Below, in pieces: positions 1 to 11,300 of a DNA stretch of 64,000 nt (positions are counted from its first letter, which is position 1; every line of letters starts with the position of its first letter). The notes under the pieces are model-generated. The model was not told the origin of the DNA and searched no databases. It saw only the letters and a program-made list of their open reading frames with translations. The stretch comes from Octopus vulgaris. Lineage: Eukaryota. Location: NCBI GenBank assembly GCA_951406725.2, contig OX597814.1:78244001-78308000 (forward strand), read 5' to 3'. The position numbers were made by a program, and so were the translations under genes.

Positions 1-77
1 AAACGAACGAAAAGAGCGAACGAAAAACCAAAACGGAGAGAGAAAAAAATGAGTTGGGATTAGCGGTTCAACATGAT

Positions 78-129
<52 letters not shown>

Positions 130-130
<1 letters not shown>

Positions 131-600
131 TATGATATGTAGAAAAATACAAACTGGGACAAGAACGCATAACACTCAGAAGACGACACAACAAACACAG
201 ACAGGACATTCGAAGCCCCCAGCCCTCAGTCAAGAACCGGATCATCGTAGTAATTTCGGCTGATTAATCTTGAGATTACCAGATCCGGCCAGCCCTCCAG
301 GAAAAACTAAGCAACGAGCATTAGAAAAACTAAGCTAGGAGCGTAGATTTCCTGGAAGAAGGATCGAATGCACACGAACACAGGGACAGCAAAACGGACG
401 GTGCCACACGAATACAAAAAACAAAAAACAATAAGGAAATACAAAAACATGAAATACAAAAACATGAAATACAAAGCAATAATGGTAAAAACAGCAGGTG
501 TCTTACGACTAATAACAGTGCAAACAAGTTTGGCTGGCATATTTTGGAAAAAATGCCTTAACGGCGAACAAGGACAACGATGTTGTCACTGCGCTGGTCG
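130..600 (-). repeat. Non-coding interspersed repeat (PLE-associated, degenerate hammerhead-like modules), homologous to 38780-39030
   Basis: The reverse complement of ~145-375 aligns by eye with 38820-39025 (CTAATGCTC..GCTTAGTTTTT..GGGCTGGCC..AATCTC..GAAATT..CTGAGG..CGAATG..TGCGTTCTTGTCC). Both copies end at a (TA)n tract. Confidence 0.6.
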
Positions 601-940
601 GAGGCCAAAAGGCGGATTTTGGCCAGCGGTCACGTGACGGAGAAGAGAGAAAAGAAAAGAAAAGAAAGGGAGGCAAAGGAAGGAAGAGAGAGAGAAGAGG
701 GACGAAAGCAACAAGGGGGGAGAAGAGAGAGAAAGAAGGAATTAGAGAGGGGAGAAGGGATGGGTGTCAAAGATTGACCTGTGAGTGCAAAGCAAGACAA
801 AGAAATGGAAGGGTAGGGGAAGAGTAGACCAAAGAATCAGAGGCAAGAGAAGAGAAAAGGAGGATGAGTAGAGAGAAGAGAGAGAGAAGGGGACAGATCA
901 ACGTAGAATGCGAAGTAAATGTAAGAGAGAGAGACAGACA

Positions 941-949
941 GAGTGTGTG

Positions 950-990
<41 letters not shown>

Positions 991-1017
991 TATACATATA
1001 TATACATATATATATGC

Positions 1018-1084
<67 letters not shown>

Positions 1085-1089
1085 CATAA

Positions 1090-1122
<33 letters not shown>

Positions 1123-1152
1123 CATATATACATAAATATATATATATATATG
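941..1152. repeat. (TA)n/(TACA) microsatellite. Similar tracts recur throughout, e.g. 6798-7215, 7785-8168, 12372-12620, 23500-23720, 35440-35845, 59630-59770
   Basis: Directly visible dinucleotide/tetranucleotide runs. They generate the YIYI/MYVC ORFs. Confidence 0.98.
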
Positions 1153-1261
1153 TTGGCATCCTTTTTGTCTCGGGAGACAATGGAGTTGCGCATAAAGTAG
1201 TCTAGTCCGGCTATTACATTTCACGTCCTGATACATTTCCTGTTGTGCCTGTGTAGTCCTA

Positions 1262-1548
1262 TCCTGGACAAACACTCCCTCTGACCAATCGTGACCTATC
1301 GCTGTATTATAACTGCCTCTTGTCTGTATCCTGTTTTGACCAATCGTTTCGTTAGGTGGCTTAGTCAAGCAGAACGGGACGTCATCAAAATTCTGACCAA
1401 TCACGACTTATAGCTGTATTAGATCTGCCCCTTGTCTGTATCTTGTTAGGTGACTAGTCAAGCAGAAAAGGACGTCATCAATATTCTGACTAATCTCTGC
1501 CCCTTGTCTGTATCCTGTCCAGTCTAGCAGAACTAGACGTCATCAATT
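1262..1548. repeat. Degenerate tandem repeat (~110-bp unit) abutting the PLE 3' end
   Basis: Recurrent blocks TGACCAATC, CTTGTCTGTATC, TAGTCAAGCAGAA and GACGTCATCAA, 3-4 copies. A further copy lies at 7221-7300. Confidence 0.85.
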
Positions 1549-2023
1549 TGTGATTTATGCACCGCCATCCTGTTACGTAAGCTATTTTTTGTATGGCCTA
1601 TATACTGCCTATTGCAGCCTGCGCATGTTATGACGTAAATTATGTTTTCTGATGCGCAGGTGAAGTTTGTTCTAATGGTGAACTGGTGGCCTTGTTCCAG
1701 TATAAATTCTGATCCTTCTTTCATGATGACACAGATTCCGCAGTTGGGCCTTCCACATTTTCTAACTGCTGGTTTTGTGGTTGATGTTGAGTGCAGTGTA
1801 GCTTGGGTTAAAATCCTTTTCAAGGATTTTGGTTGCCGTTTACTTTTAATGATGGTGTGTGTTTCGAGGATCCGGTTCATCTTTGGGTCTCCCTTTAGTA
1901 GGGCTGTACTTTGTAGTATGGTGTTGAAGGCCTCATTGTTGAGTGGGTTGTGTGTAGAGATGTAGGGAAGGGTTTTTAATTGTTCTTTCTTTTTTGGTTT
2001 TGTTTGTCTCAGGTCTTCTATAC
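1533..2023 (-). pseudogene. PLE linker, Cys motif and GIY-YIG endonuclease (C-terminally truncated)
   Basis: ORF 1533..1880: KCGRPNCGIC, FTCASENIIYVITCAGCNRQYIGHTKNSLRNRMAVH. The upstream frame continues as LPYISTHNP. An indel near 2024 separates it from the RT. Confidence 0.9.
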
Positions 2024-3686
2024 TTAATTTAAGTACCCGTTGTCTATTATGGGCTGTGGATAGTTTCTATTTGTGAGTGTGGTTCTAAGTTCCTGGAGAC
2101 GTGTGTGTCGGGTGTTTGTGTCTGATATTATGGTGCAAATCCTTCTAGCTAAACAAAAAGGGACATTCATTCTAGTGTGTCGTGGGTGGCATGAATCAAA
2201 GGGTAGGTACTGTTTGGAGTCTGTCGGTTTATAGTAGATATCTGTCTCTATTTTGTTGCCGGTTTTCTTAATGAGGATGTCTAAAAATGGTAATTCTCTT
2301 TCGTTGTGATCCATCGTGAATTGTATATTGTCATTTATTCCATTTAATAGTATTTTAAATTCCTCAAGTTTCTCTATACCTTTGTCCCAGATGATGAAAC
2401 AGTCATCGAGGTATCTTTTCCAGTTGTTATGTATATAGGTGGCGAAGGTGTTTCCATATTTCTCGAGTGTTATCCGGTAGAGTATTTTCTCGAGGTATCC
2501 CATCACTAGGTTGGCAAAAGATGGTGCAGTACGCGTGCCCATCGCTGTTCCCGATCTTTGTCTGTAGAAATCATTGTCAAAAATAAAATAATTGTTCTCT
2601 AAAATAAATCTAAGTCCTTCTATTATAAGGTCTTTGTTTATGCGAGTTGGGAGTTCAAAGGGGTAGTTATTCAGCCAGAAGGTGATCGCTTCTATTCCTA
2701 GGTTGTGAGAGATGTTAGAATAAAGATTAACTACGTCGAATGATACTAGAAGGGTTTTCTCATTGACTGTTTTAGGGAGGTGGTTGAGCATATCTATATC
2801 GTCTCTTACGTAGCTTTTGATGTGTTTTAGGAAAGGTTTAAGAAGTGTGTCTAAGAAATTGCTGAGGCGGTGAGTTTCACATGCTGGCCCTGCTATTATC
2901 GGTCTTAGTTTAAGATCATTTGGTGAAGGGATTTTGATGAGTATGTCGGTGGATGTTTTGCACGTTTCTCTAATTATTTGGCTTTTGTGTACCTTAGGGA
3001 TACCATAGAACAAACTCGATTTGCATTTGAAGTTAGTGATGTATTCATACTTCCTTGTTCGTGAGTCCTTCTTGGTATGTGTTGATTAATGTCCTAAGGT
3101 TATGCATTATTTTTTGCTGATTATACTGTTGGGCCCTTTCATAATACATTTCATCTCTTAATAGGGATAGCACTAAATTTTTATAATCGTTTGTATTCAT
3201 TATTACTATCGCGTTGCCCTTATCTGCCTCCTTAATTGTTATTGTTTTGTCTTCTCTTAGTTTGATGAGGTCGTTCCATTCTCTTTTGTTGAAGTTAGGG
3301 CTGTGTTTTTGTTTCTTGATGAATTGAAACGGGAAATTAGTTATGTAGTCACAATAGCGGTCTAAGGCTTTATTATTTCCCTTGGTGGGGGTGTAATTGC
3401 TCTTGTTTCTAGCTATTGAGTCCTCCTCTATTTGTTTGTCTTGAAATGCCTCGGTGAGTCTTAGTTTTCTGCAGAATTCCGAAATATCATCTTTCATTTC
3501 ATAGTAATTAGAACGTTGTGGGGTAGGTGTAAATTTAAGTCCTTTGGAGAGTATGCTTATTTCGTTAGGTGTAAGTTCTTTGTTTGGGAGATTGATTATC
3601 TTAATTACCTGAGGTTTCTTTTGTTTGTCCTTTGCCATCGTGTGTCCCTGTTCCTGTGTGTAAGGTCTAAAAAATGCTTGGTGTAG
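2024..3686 (-). pseudogene. PLE reverse transcriptase (ORF2)
   Basis: ORFs 3045..3638 and 2024..3013 join after removing one base near 3046 (EV-EYITNFKCKSSL-FYGIPK). The catalytic YLDD and the PLE DKG motif are present. Confidence 0.93.
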
Positions 3687-4855
3687 TTATGTTCAAAACT
3701 ACTATTTATCTGTCTCATGTTGTTATAATTGTCAGAGTGAGTTTGTGGTGCTCTGTTCTGGAGTGTGTTGTTGTACCTAGTGTTCCGTCTTAGTTCATCA
3801 GGTATATTGTGTTGGTAGTTGTTTCCTCCGTAGTGCATTTGTTGTTTGTTATGTTTGTATGGTTGGTTCCTGGGGTGGATGTTTGGTAGTAGCGTTTTGG
3901 TTTGGTTATGTGAATTGTATTTTATAGTATTGTATGTTGTGGCTCTTAGGTTCGTGGAATGGTGTGGTTGGACCCTGTAAGTGTTTTGGGGTTGGTGTAG
4001 GTAGTGTGGGGTACGTTTTAAATGTATTTTTCTGGTGTAGAGTGTGTTTGGATTTCTTGGTGGTTGTTCTGCTCTGTTGGTATGTCTATTTTCGAACTGG
4101 TGTGGTGGGCCTCTGTAGGTGTTTTGGGGTTGGTGTAGGTAGTGTGGGGTGTGTTTTAGGTGTACTTTTCTGGTGTAGAGTGTGTTAGGATTTCTTGGTG
4201 GTTGTTCCGTTCTGTTGGTATTTGGTTTTGATTTACTTAATTTTATGAAGGGGTTGTTGGATATGTGTTCATTTTTGAAGTTGGTTTCATAATCTAAAAA
4301 CCAGATGGCGCTCTTTTCCCATCGTTGGAGGGACTTAAGTTCCTCTTCTTCACATTCTTCATTCCATAGTGTTGGTAATGTTTCAGTATTGATGTCGTCT
4401 ATTAGTTTGATGACTTCTTCGTTGATTTCCTCGTCTATGGTTTTTACTTTTTCTTCATTCGTCTTAGCTCTCAGCTTGAGTAGTTCTATTTCCATCTTCA
4501 TTTTTTCTAATGACATTTTTTCTCTAAGTTTTCTTTGTTCTTCTGGTTCTTCCGAGATGGGCTTGATTTGTAATTTACGGGGTATGACTAGGGGTGTTGA
4601 GTCTAGCCATTTTTGGTAAATCTCTGCTTTATTCTGATTTTGTATCATTTTCCAAAAAACGAATTTTCTGTTTCGCTGTAGTGTTCTCCATTGGGGGAGG
4701 ACTTGGTTCTTTATTTGTAATGTTGAAGCTGCTCGGTTCTTCTCATGTGTTCCTTCTTTTTGTTGCTCTTGTTTCGTAAAGTTTGTGAAGAATGTCGTCA
4801 TTGTATCGCATAGATTTTCAACTTTCTCGAATATTTCAAAGGGTGTTTTATTCGA
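3605..4855 (-). CDS. PLE-associated ORF1: coiled-coil N-half and N/Q/H/P-rich C-half, 5'-interrupted
   Basis: More than 400 open codons with heptad-like EEQRKLREKMSLEKMKMEIELLKLRAKTNEEKVKTIDEEINEEV and an in-frame 46-aa duplication. It overlaps the RT ORF in the -1 frame. The first ~19 codons of the tracked ORF (to 4912) come from the adjacent inverted repeat. Confidence 0.75.
   Translation of the reverse strand, partial: SNKTPFEIFEKVENLCDTMTTFFTNFTKQEQQKEGTHEKNRAASTLQIKNQVLPQWRTLQRNRKFVFWKMIQNQNKAEIYQKWLDSTPLVIPRKLQIKPISEEPEEQRKLREKMSLEKMKMEIELLKLRAKTNEEKVKTIDEEINEEVIKLIDDINTETLPTLWNEECEEEELKSLQRWEKSAIWFLDYETNFKNEHISNNPFIKLSKSKPNTNRTEQPPRNPNTLYTRKVHLKHTPHYLHQPQNTYRGPPHQFENRHTNRAEQPPRNPNTLYTRKIHLKRTPHYLHQPQNTYRVQPHHSTNLRATTYNTIKYNSHNQTKTLLPNIHPRNQPYKHNKQQMHYGGNNYQHNIPDELRRNTRYNNTLQNRAPQTHSDNYNNMRQINSSFEHNYTKHFLDLTHRNRDTRWQRTNKRNLR
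3668..3674 (-). promoter_or_regulatory. Candidate -1 ribosomal frameshift slippery heptamer U UUU UUA
   Basis: The minus strand reads CAT TTT TTA GAC in the ORF1 frame. The -1 frame is open from here into the RT ORF and is closed by TAA at 3689-3687 just upstream. Confidence 0.55.
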
Positions 4856-4983
4856 ACTGAAACATGTTATAATGTATATATAAAAATTAAAAATTGTATA
4901 ATATAGCAGCATTTTCGAACTTCATTTTTTACAAATACATATATATATACATACATATATATATATATATATATACACATACA

Positions 4984-5044
<61 letters not shown>

Positions 5045-6001
5045 GTTCCTGGCTGGTTGTAATGCCATAGTTTCTTGTTGACGTCTTTTCGTGTCTTTCC
5101 ATTTCTCCTCTCTCTCTCTCTGTCACTCCTTTGTATTCCCTCTCCTACGGTACGTCGCCAGTCTCCACGGTTGACGGCAACTGCCTCCCAACCGCTAATA
5201 TTGATGTTGCAGGCCTTCATGTCCCTTTTGCAAACGTCCTTGTAACGTAAGAGCGGTCTACCCACAGACCTAGTACCCCTAGCAAGCTCTCCGTAGAGTA
5301 TGTCCTTGGGGATTCTGCCATCTTTCATACGGCTAACATGCCCAAGCCATGTCATACGTCTTTGTGTGAGGAGTGCAAGCATGCTTGTTATTCCTACTTG
5401 CCTGAGGACATCTTTGTTGGGGATATGGTTCTGCCATTTGATGCGGAGGATTTTCCGGAGGCAGCGCAGGTGAAAGATGTTTAGACGACGCTCTTGGCGT
5501 GTATATAGCGTCCAAATTCTCACTTCCATACAGTAGAGTGCTAAGTACACATGCCTGGTAGATCTTCATTTTCGTGGTCTTGGTCAGCTTATTGTTGTCC
5601 CAAGCCCGTTTGGAGAGTTGGGCCATCGCAGCAGCTGCCTTGCCAGTGCGTATATTGAGCTCAGCGTCGAGGGATAGGTTGTAGGTGACGGTAGAGCCCA
5701 GATAGGTAAACTTCTCCACCTCTTGTAATCTGTGGTCTCCAATACGTATGTTTGGGATGTCCGATGTAGCTTGACCCATGATGTTGGTCTTCTTAAGGCT
5801 GATAGCTAAGCCAAAGTCGTTACATGCTTGCTCAAAACAGTTAATGAGCCTTTGGAGGGCTTCTTCTGTGTGTGATACCAGAGCGGCATCATCAGCAAAT
5901 AGCATCTCCTTGATCAGGACGTTTCTGATTTTGGTCTTGGCAATCAGGCGCGAGAGATTGAACAGTTTCCCGTCACTTCTACTGTGCAGAAACACTCCAT
6001 C

Positions 6002-6046
<45 letters not shown>

Positions 6047-6206
6047 CATATATATATATATACATATATATATATACATATATATATTTATAATAGGATT
6101 AGCTCGTATACGAGTAGGTATATATTTGTAAAAAATGAAGTTCGAAAATGCTGCTATAGTATACAATTTTTAATTTTTATATATACATTATAACATGTTT
6201 CAGTTC
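4854..6206. repeat. 84-bp inverted repeat arms (4854-4937 and 6123-6206) enclosing (TA)n tracts and an RTE fragment
   Basis: GAACTGAAACATGTTATAATG...TTTTTTACAAATA is the reverse complement of TATTTGTAAAAAA...CATGTTTCAGTTC with about 1 mismatch. Confidence 0.9.
5046..6002 (-). mobile_element. RTE-clade (BovB-like) LINE fragment, C-terminal RT region, frameshifted
   Basis: RSDGKLFNLSRL, MLFADDAAL, FGLAISLKKT, FTYLGS, YQACVLSTLLYGSE, FHLRCLRKILRIKWQ, WLGHVSRM.DGRIPKDILYGEL..G.RSVGRP.LRYKD are typical RTE ORF2 motifs. Confidence 0.93.
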
Positions 6207-6567
6207 CTGAAATGAACCTTATCAAAAAAAGTTATATATAAAAAAAGATAGTTCATGCTATCAAATATAAGAAATTCATTTATAATACACAATGGAGTCA
6301 GACATCATAAAGTTCATATATAGTTTGAAGTGAGTTCGTTCATGCTATATGTTTAAAGTGTATGATTCAGTGGTTCGTGGTGGTGATATATAAAAAATAG
6401 ATCAAAGTGGTGGAATGCAGTCAATATAAAAAATTGATGTTCCTGAAAGAGCGAGGAATTCATTTTTACCTTGAGCAACTGCGATGACTTATGGTGGGTG
6501 TTCGCTGGATGATTCTGGCGAATCTTGTGAATTGTTCGGGTTTTATAACAGCTGTTAGGTGGTCAGT

Positions 6568-6796
6568 CCAGTTTTGTTTAGTTCTTTTGCAGGAGGGACT
6601 AGTTCGACCGGATCGTGTTCTATTCTTACCTTCGAAACACGCATTGAGTCAAACCAGGGACGGCTGATGAAGGGGAGTGTTCCTTGTATTGTTTGTCTTG
6701 TACTCTGTTTTTTCGTTGTTAAGGGGTTCCGTTTCCTGGTTTGTTTTTGTGTTTTCGTTTCTCGCTGGGTTCTACGTTTGTTTGTGGTGTCCTGTA

Positions 6797-6800
<4 letters not shown>
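6568..6800 (+). repeat. Non-coding repeat with paired degenerate hammerhead-like modules. Copies at 7555-7785 (near-identical, with duplicated downstream microsatellite), 32810-33035 and 39800-40025
   Basis: All four loci share the core CCTTCGAAACACGCAT.GAGTC...CTGATGAAGGGGA...GTGGTGTCCTGTAC followed by (TA)n. Confidence 0.85.
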
Positions 6801-6842
<42 letters not shown>

Positions 6843-6848
6843 ATATAC

Positions 6849-6945
<97 letters not shown>

Positions 6946-7112
6946 CATATATACATATATATATATACATATATATATACATATATGTATATATATACAT
7001 ATATATATTTATATATATATTTATTATATATATACATATATATATATATATGTACATACACACACACAAATATATATATATATATGCATACATATATATA
7101 CACGCACACACA

Positions 7113-7168
<56 letters not shown>

Positions 7169-7324
7169 ATGTATATGTGTGTAAGTGTGTGTATATATAC
7201 ATACATACATGCATATCAACGTTTTGACCAATCGTTTCGTTAGGTGGCTTAGTCAAGCAGAACGGGACGTCATCAACATTCTGACCAATCGTGACCTATT
7301 TTTTCATAGCGTTTTCAAATAGCC

Positions 7325-7387
7325 AGATAACCGAAGAGATGGTGTTGTGGATTTCCACTTCGGCATCTGAAACTCAGAGTTTTATCT
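7325..7387 (+). ncRNA. Minimal type I hammerhead ribozyme-like motif (variant core CCGAAGA)
   Basis: AGATAA-CCGAAGA-GATG..CATC-T-GAAAC-TCAGA-GTT-TTATCT. Stem I is 6 bp and stem II is GATG/CATC. Confidence 0.55.
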
Positions 7388-7488
7388 TGACTATCGAGTA
7401 ATGTAACATATTATTGTATAGATAAATTTCCTCTATTTACATAATATTGAGGTCTCTTTCTTTCTTCTTTTGTTATCTTACCGTTTTA

Positions 7489-7540
<52 letters not shown>

Positions 7541-7781
7541 TTAATAAATAAAGGAGTTTTGTTTAGTTCTTTTGCAGGAGGGACTAGTTCGACCGGATCG
7601 TGTTCTATCCTTACCTTCGAAACACGCATTGAGTCAAACCAGGGACGGCTGATGAAGGGGAGTGTTCCTTGTATTGTTTGTCTTGTACTCTGTTTTTTCG
7701 TTGTTAAGGGGTTCCGTTTCCTGGTTTGTTTTTGTGTTTTCGTTTCTCGCTGGGTTCTACGTTTGTTTGTGGTGTCCTGTA

Positions 7782-7909
<128 letters not shown>

Positions 7910-7973
7910 TACATATATATATATATACATATATATATACATATATGTATATATATACATATATATATTTATA

Positions 7974-8008
<35 letters not shown>

Positions 8009-8059
8009 GTACATACACACACACAAATATATATATATATGCATATATATATATACACG

Positions 8060-8122
<63 letters not shown>

Positions 8123-9346
8123 ATGTATATGTGTGTAAGTGTGTGTATATATACATACATACATGCATATTTTAACTAGAATAAGTTATTTTCTTGTCAA
8201 ATTCATGTTTCATGTGACTAACATATTGACGTTTTACATTCACATTCTCAATCACAGACTTTAGAGATCAGGCAATCCTGAAAATGTTTCTAATATCAAA
8301 CCTAATCCGGTCTCAAGATATATATCTGTATGTGCGTATGTGTATTTATCCACTTAATACCGGTGTATGTGTATATATCCTTGTATATATCCTTGATTCT
8401 ATTGCGAATAAACATATATATGATGTTGCTGTTGATGCGAGTGATAGGTGATTCTGGTTTATATCCGGGCCAATCCTGAGTGAATAGATTTAAGAGTCGA
8501 GTGTATGCTTCCGATTTGTTATGTCCACCATATTGTTTTAAATTCTCAGTTGGTGCTATAAATGTATTCCACTGTTCACTACTGAAATATTTACGGGTAA
8601 GGCATATATATCACATCTGTTTCTCCTTCCCCTGAAATTATATGACCTGATTATAATACTTAGCTACAAGAAGTAGATATCAGATAAGTGATGCGAACTA
8701 CTAAGGCCGAATGGGCTTGGTGAGAGTCTTTGACTCACAACTCAGATGTTCAAATCACGTAGAAATGACCGTACTAAGTTCTTGAGTGCAATCCTAACCA
8801 ACGCTGCTTTTAGCCCCAGACCTCTGAATTAAAATTAAATATTACCTTTGGGACAGCAAAATAATCATTGAAATTCAATACGTTTTAGAAAAAGATGCTG
8901 GTTGTTATATTCTGTTGATTGTGCTCAGGACGATCTTTGGTGCTCATAGACTCGAAAACTGTACTGAAGTGGTAGGCCTTCATTCCCATCAGAATATTCT
9001 CATATGCCCTCAGCTCAAATGATTCACCGACCCACGGGCCTTCCTACAGCATCGATAGCAACTCTGTTGAGATGGCATTGTTCATATCTTGTTTAATATT
9101 AATGATTTAACTGAAGCCAATTACCGCACATGCTAACTAGGAATTTACATTTTATGCGGTCTTTGAAAAACTTGTTTCTTATACAGCCCTAGGAGTGTAA
9201 CTATGAAGCTTGGTTATATTCATGCTTCCCCCACAACCACCAAAGATATTAATTAGCCTTACCGGCAAAATTAAATGAAGTAAACATGCCGTCGCCATGA
9301 AGCGAAACCAGATCGCAATCTCAACCACATACTGAAATAGGCAACA

Positions 9347-9485
9347 CAGTAGCGTAAGCGACGGGGGTCGACGGGGGCGGTACGCCCCGGGTTTCACTTT
9401 TGCGACTGCTGTAGAAATCTGTATAGGAGGCAAGGGTGGCAAACTCAAGAGCTGCTCCGGGTGGCACACGCTTTAGTTATGCACA
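9347..9485. mobile_element. Possible hAT-type MITE relic
   Basis: Begins CAGTAGCGTAAG and ends ..TTAGTTATGCAC. The interior is GC-rich with GCCCCGGG/CTCCGGG subterminal motifs. The termini are degenerate. Confidence 0.35.
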
Positions 9486-10171
9486 AAGATTACACTCATA
9501 ATAGATTTTCTGATTGTTCTGATTTCTGTTCCCAACGGATTCCATCCTTGCCATTCGTCATTCTAGGGCCGAGTACCAAAGGATCCTTGCCCTTCTACAC
9601 CTTTATACCAATGTAGTAAATTATTATTCAGAAACAATATCTTACGGATTTTCTTCTGGTCTTATATGTTCTGAGTTCAAACTCTGCTGAGGTCGACTCA
9701 GCATTTCCTCTTTCTGGAGATCGTTATAAAATACCAGCAGGTGCTGAGATTCGTAGAATTGATTGTGTCCATTCTCCACCCAAATCTTTGGTCTGGTGCC
9801 TATGCTATAAGTTTTTGTTATTGTTGTTACTATTGTTTAATCCCAGGTCAATCCTGACTGATACCCATGATCAAAGATATTCTAGCTCAGACTACTTCTT
9901 TCTATGGGTATTTAGGACTGCATTGTCTAACGTATTCCTTATTTAAAATAAAAAGGTACTAGCTGACGAGGATTTTGGCTGCTATTTCTAGAAGATCGGG
10001 CGACTACGCAAAGGCCATCCTCTGTTGTTGTAACAGACGTTGTTAATAGTGTTTCATTTTATCGGCGAGACAAAAATGTTTGCTTTTTTTTAAAAATTTT
10101 AATTAATCATTAAAATTTAGATGAATAGAAAAGACACTTATGGAGAAGATATGCTGATAAGATTAAGGGAG

Positions 10172-10313
<142 letters not shown>

Positions 10314-10889
10314 CAAATCCCAGAAGATAAAGAAAAATAAGAACGAATAAGGGATAAGTTAGTTACTTCTAGAGTTGGGTGTGTTTGAAATCTTAATAAA
10401 TATGAGAAAAAGATGAGTCAGCAATGGTAGAAACTATCAAATATTCTCTCTCTCTCTCTCTCTCCCTTTCTTTATGTTACAAAGTTGCTGTTAGTTACTA
10501 ATAAATATTTATCATTACGATGTATTGGTCAAACTTCAGAAGAAACATAATGACTGAGGATGCTGGCCAAATCTGTTAGGATGTTACAGAAATACTATCC
10601 CGAAGAGGTGATTGTTCTTAACTCATCACCGATACTATGTTGTGTATACGAGCGAGCAAGCAGATCTATATACTACTACTGTCAGCGTGAAAGAGTCGTG
10701 AGACTGGTTTTGTGTGTGTAGTGGTGGGAGGTGGGGTGCAAGCACTTCATATTTCTCAGTTTAGCATCAGCAGCACACAGGCCAATGGGTGACTTTAGTA
10801 CAGCTCACTCTGGTGTAGATATTCAGACCTGCTTTTCTAGCAGGTAGTTATCGTGACCTCACGGTGCACTGACAACCTTAGATTTCCTT

Positions 10890-11300
10890 AGATGCCAAAT
10901 ATTAAAGCTAAGTCTACCGAACAATTCTCCCTTCTCGTCTCTAACATCTGTGGAACTCTGATCCAACTTAGATTCCACACATCACCTCTTACTGGCATGT
11001 ATCCTGTTCCCCTTCGAGATGCAAATCATTCAACCTTTAACCAGAGTACATCGCCACTGGCTAAGCTGTACTCTAAAGACGGTGTCTTCGTATACGTAGA
11101 TGGTTCTCTCACCACCACTTACCTCTCTCACCTGGATATCAGCAAAAGATTTCCAGTTATTTTGGTTCAAAGTCTCCCTGCTCCCCGCTTATCTCTTCTT
11201 GCATCAAGGACATGTCTCCTTTCACTTCCCTTCGAAGTTATTGTCGATTCTAATCAAGCAGGTCTATATTCAAAGGTATTCCAGCCATGACTATCGCGTC
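10890..11300 (+). pseudogene. Decayed APE-type endonuclease fragment of a LINE
   Basis: Across frames: FSLLVSNICG(L).SNLDSTHH, DGVFVYVD, FQLFWFKV. These resemble LINE APE N-terminal motifs (NIRGLxSN, GGVxxYV). Confidence 0.45.

Larger units (their letters stand above)
1533..4855 (-). mobile_element. Penelope-like retroelement, Neptune-like, with upstream coiled-coil ORF1; decayed by small indels
   Basis: Motif order on the minus strand is IINL..KGLKFTPTP, EADKGNAIVIM, FYGIPKVHK, LRPII, FDVVNLYSNI, GTAMGT..APSFANL, RYLDDCF, LPFLDI, TDIYYKPT..YL..SCHP, then CGRPNCGIC and IIYVITCAGC..YIG. This is the PLE RT plus C-terminal GIY-YIG architecture. Confidence 0.95.

Noticed and set aside
837-1205. 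Many long YIYI/MYVC/HTHT/CVCV ORFs here and across the window
   Set aside because: They are translations of (TA)n, (TATG)n and (CA)n microsatellites, which lack stop codons by composition.
3045-3047. TGA inside the PLE RT as possible selenocysteine or readthrough (Sec is reported in Naiad PLEs)
   Set aside because: The same frame hits TAA four codons later and the RT continues in another frame. A 1-nt insertion explains it, and the position is not a Cys site.
6207-6550. TATA box (6547-6541), splice donor (6469) and acceptor (6207) on the minus strand as a PLE 5' intron
   Set aside because: The motifs are short and common in AT-rich DNA, and continuity with ORF1 is broken. This cannot be supported without a consensus.
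6628-6676. Reading GAAAC..GTC..CTGATGA as an intact type II hammerhead
   Set aside because: Helix I (AAACCAGGGACGG) and helix III do not pair convincingly in any of the four copies. It is better explained as two decayed tandem modules.
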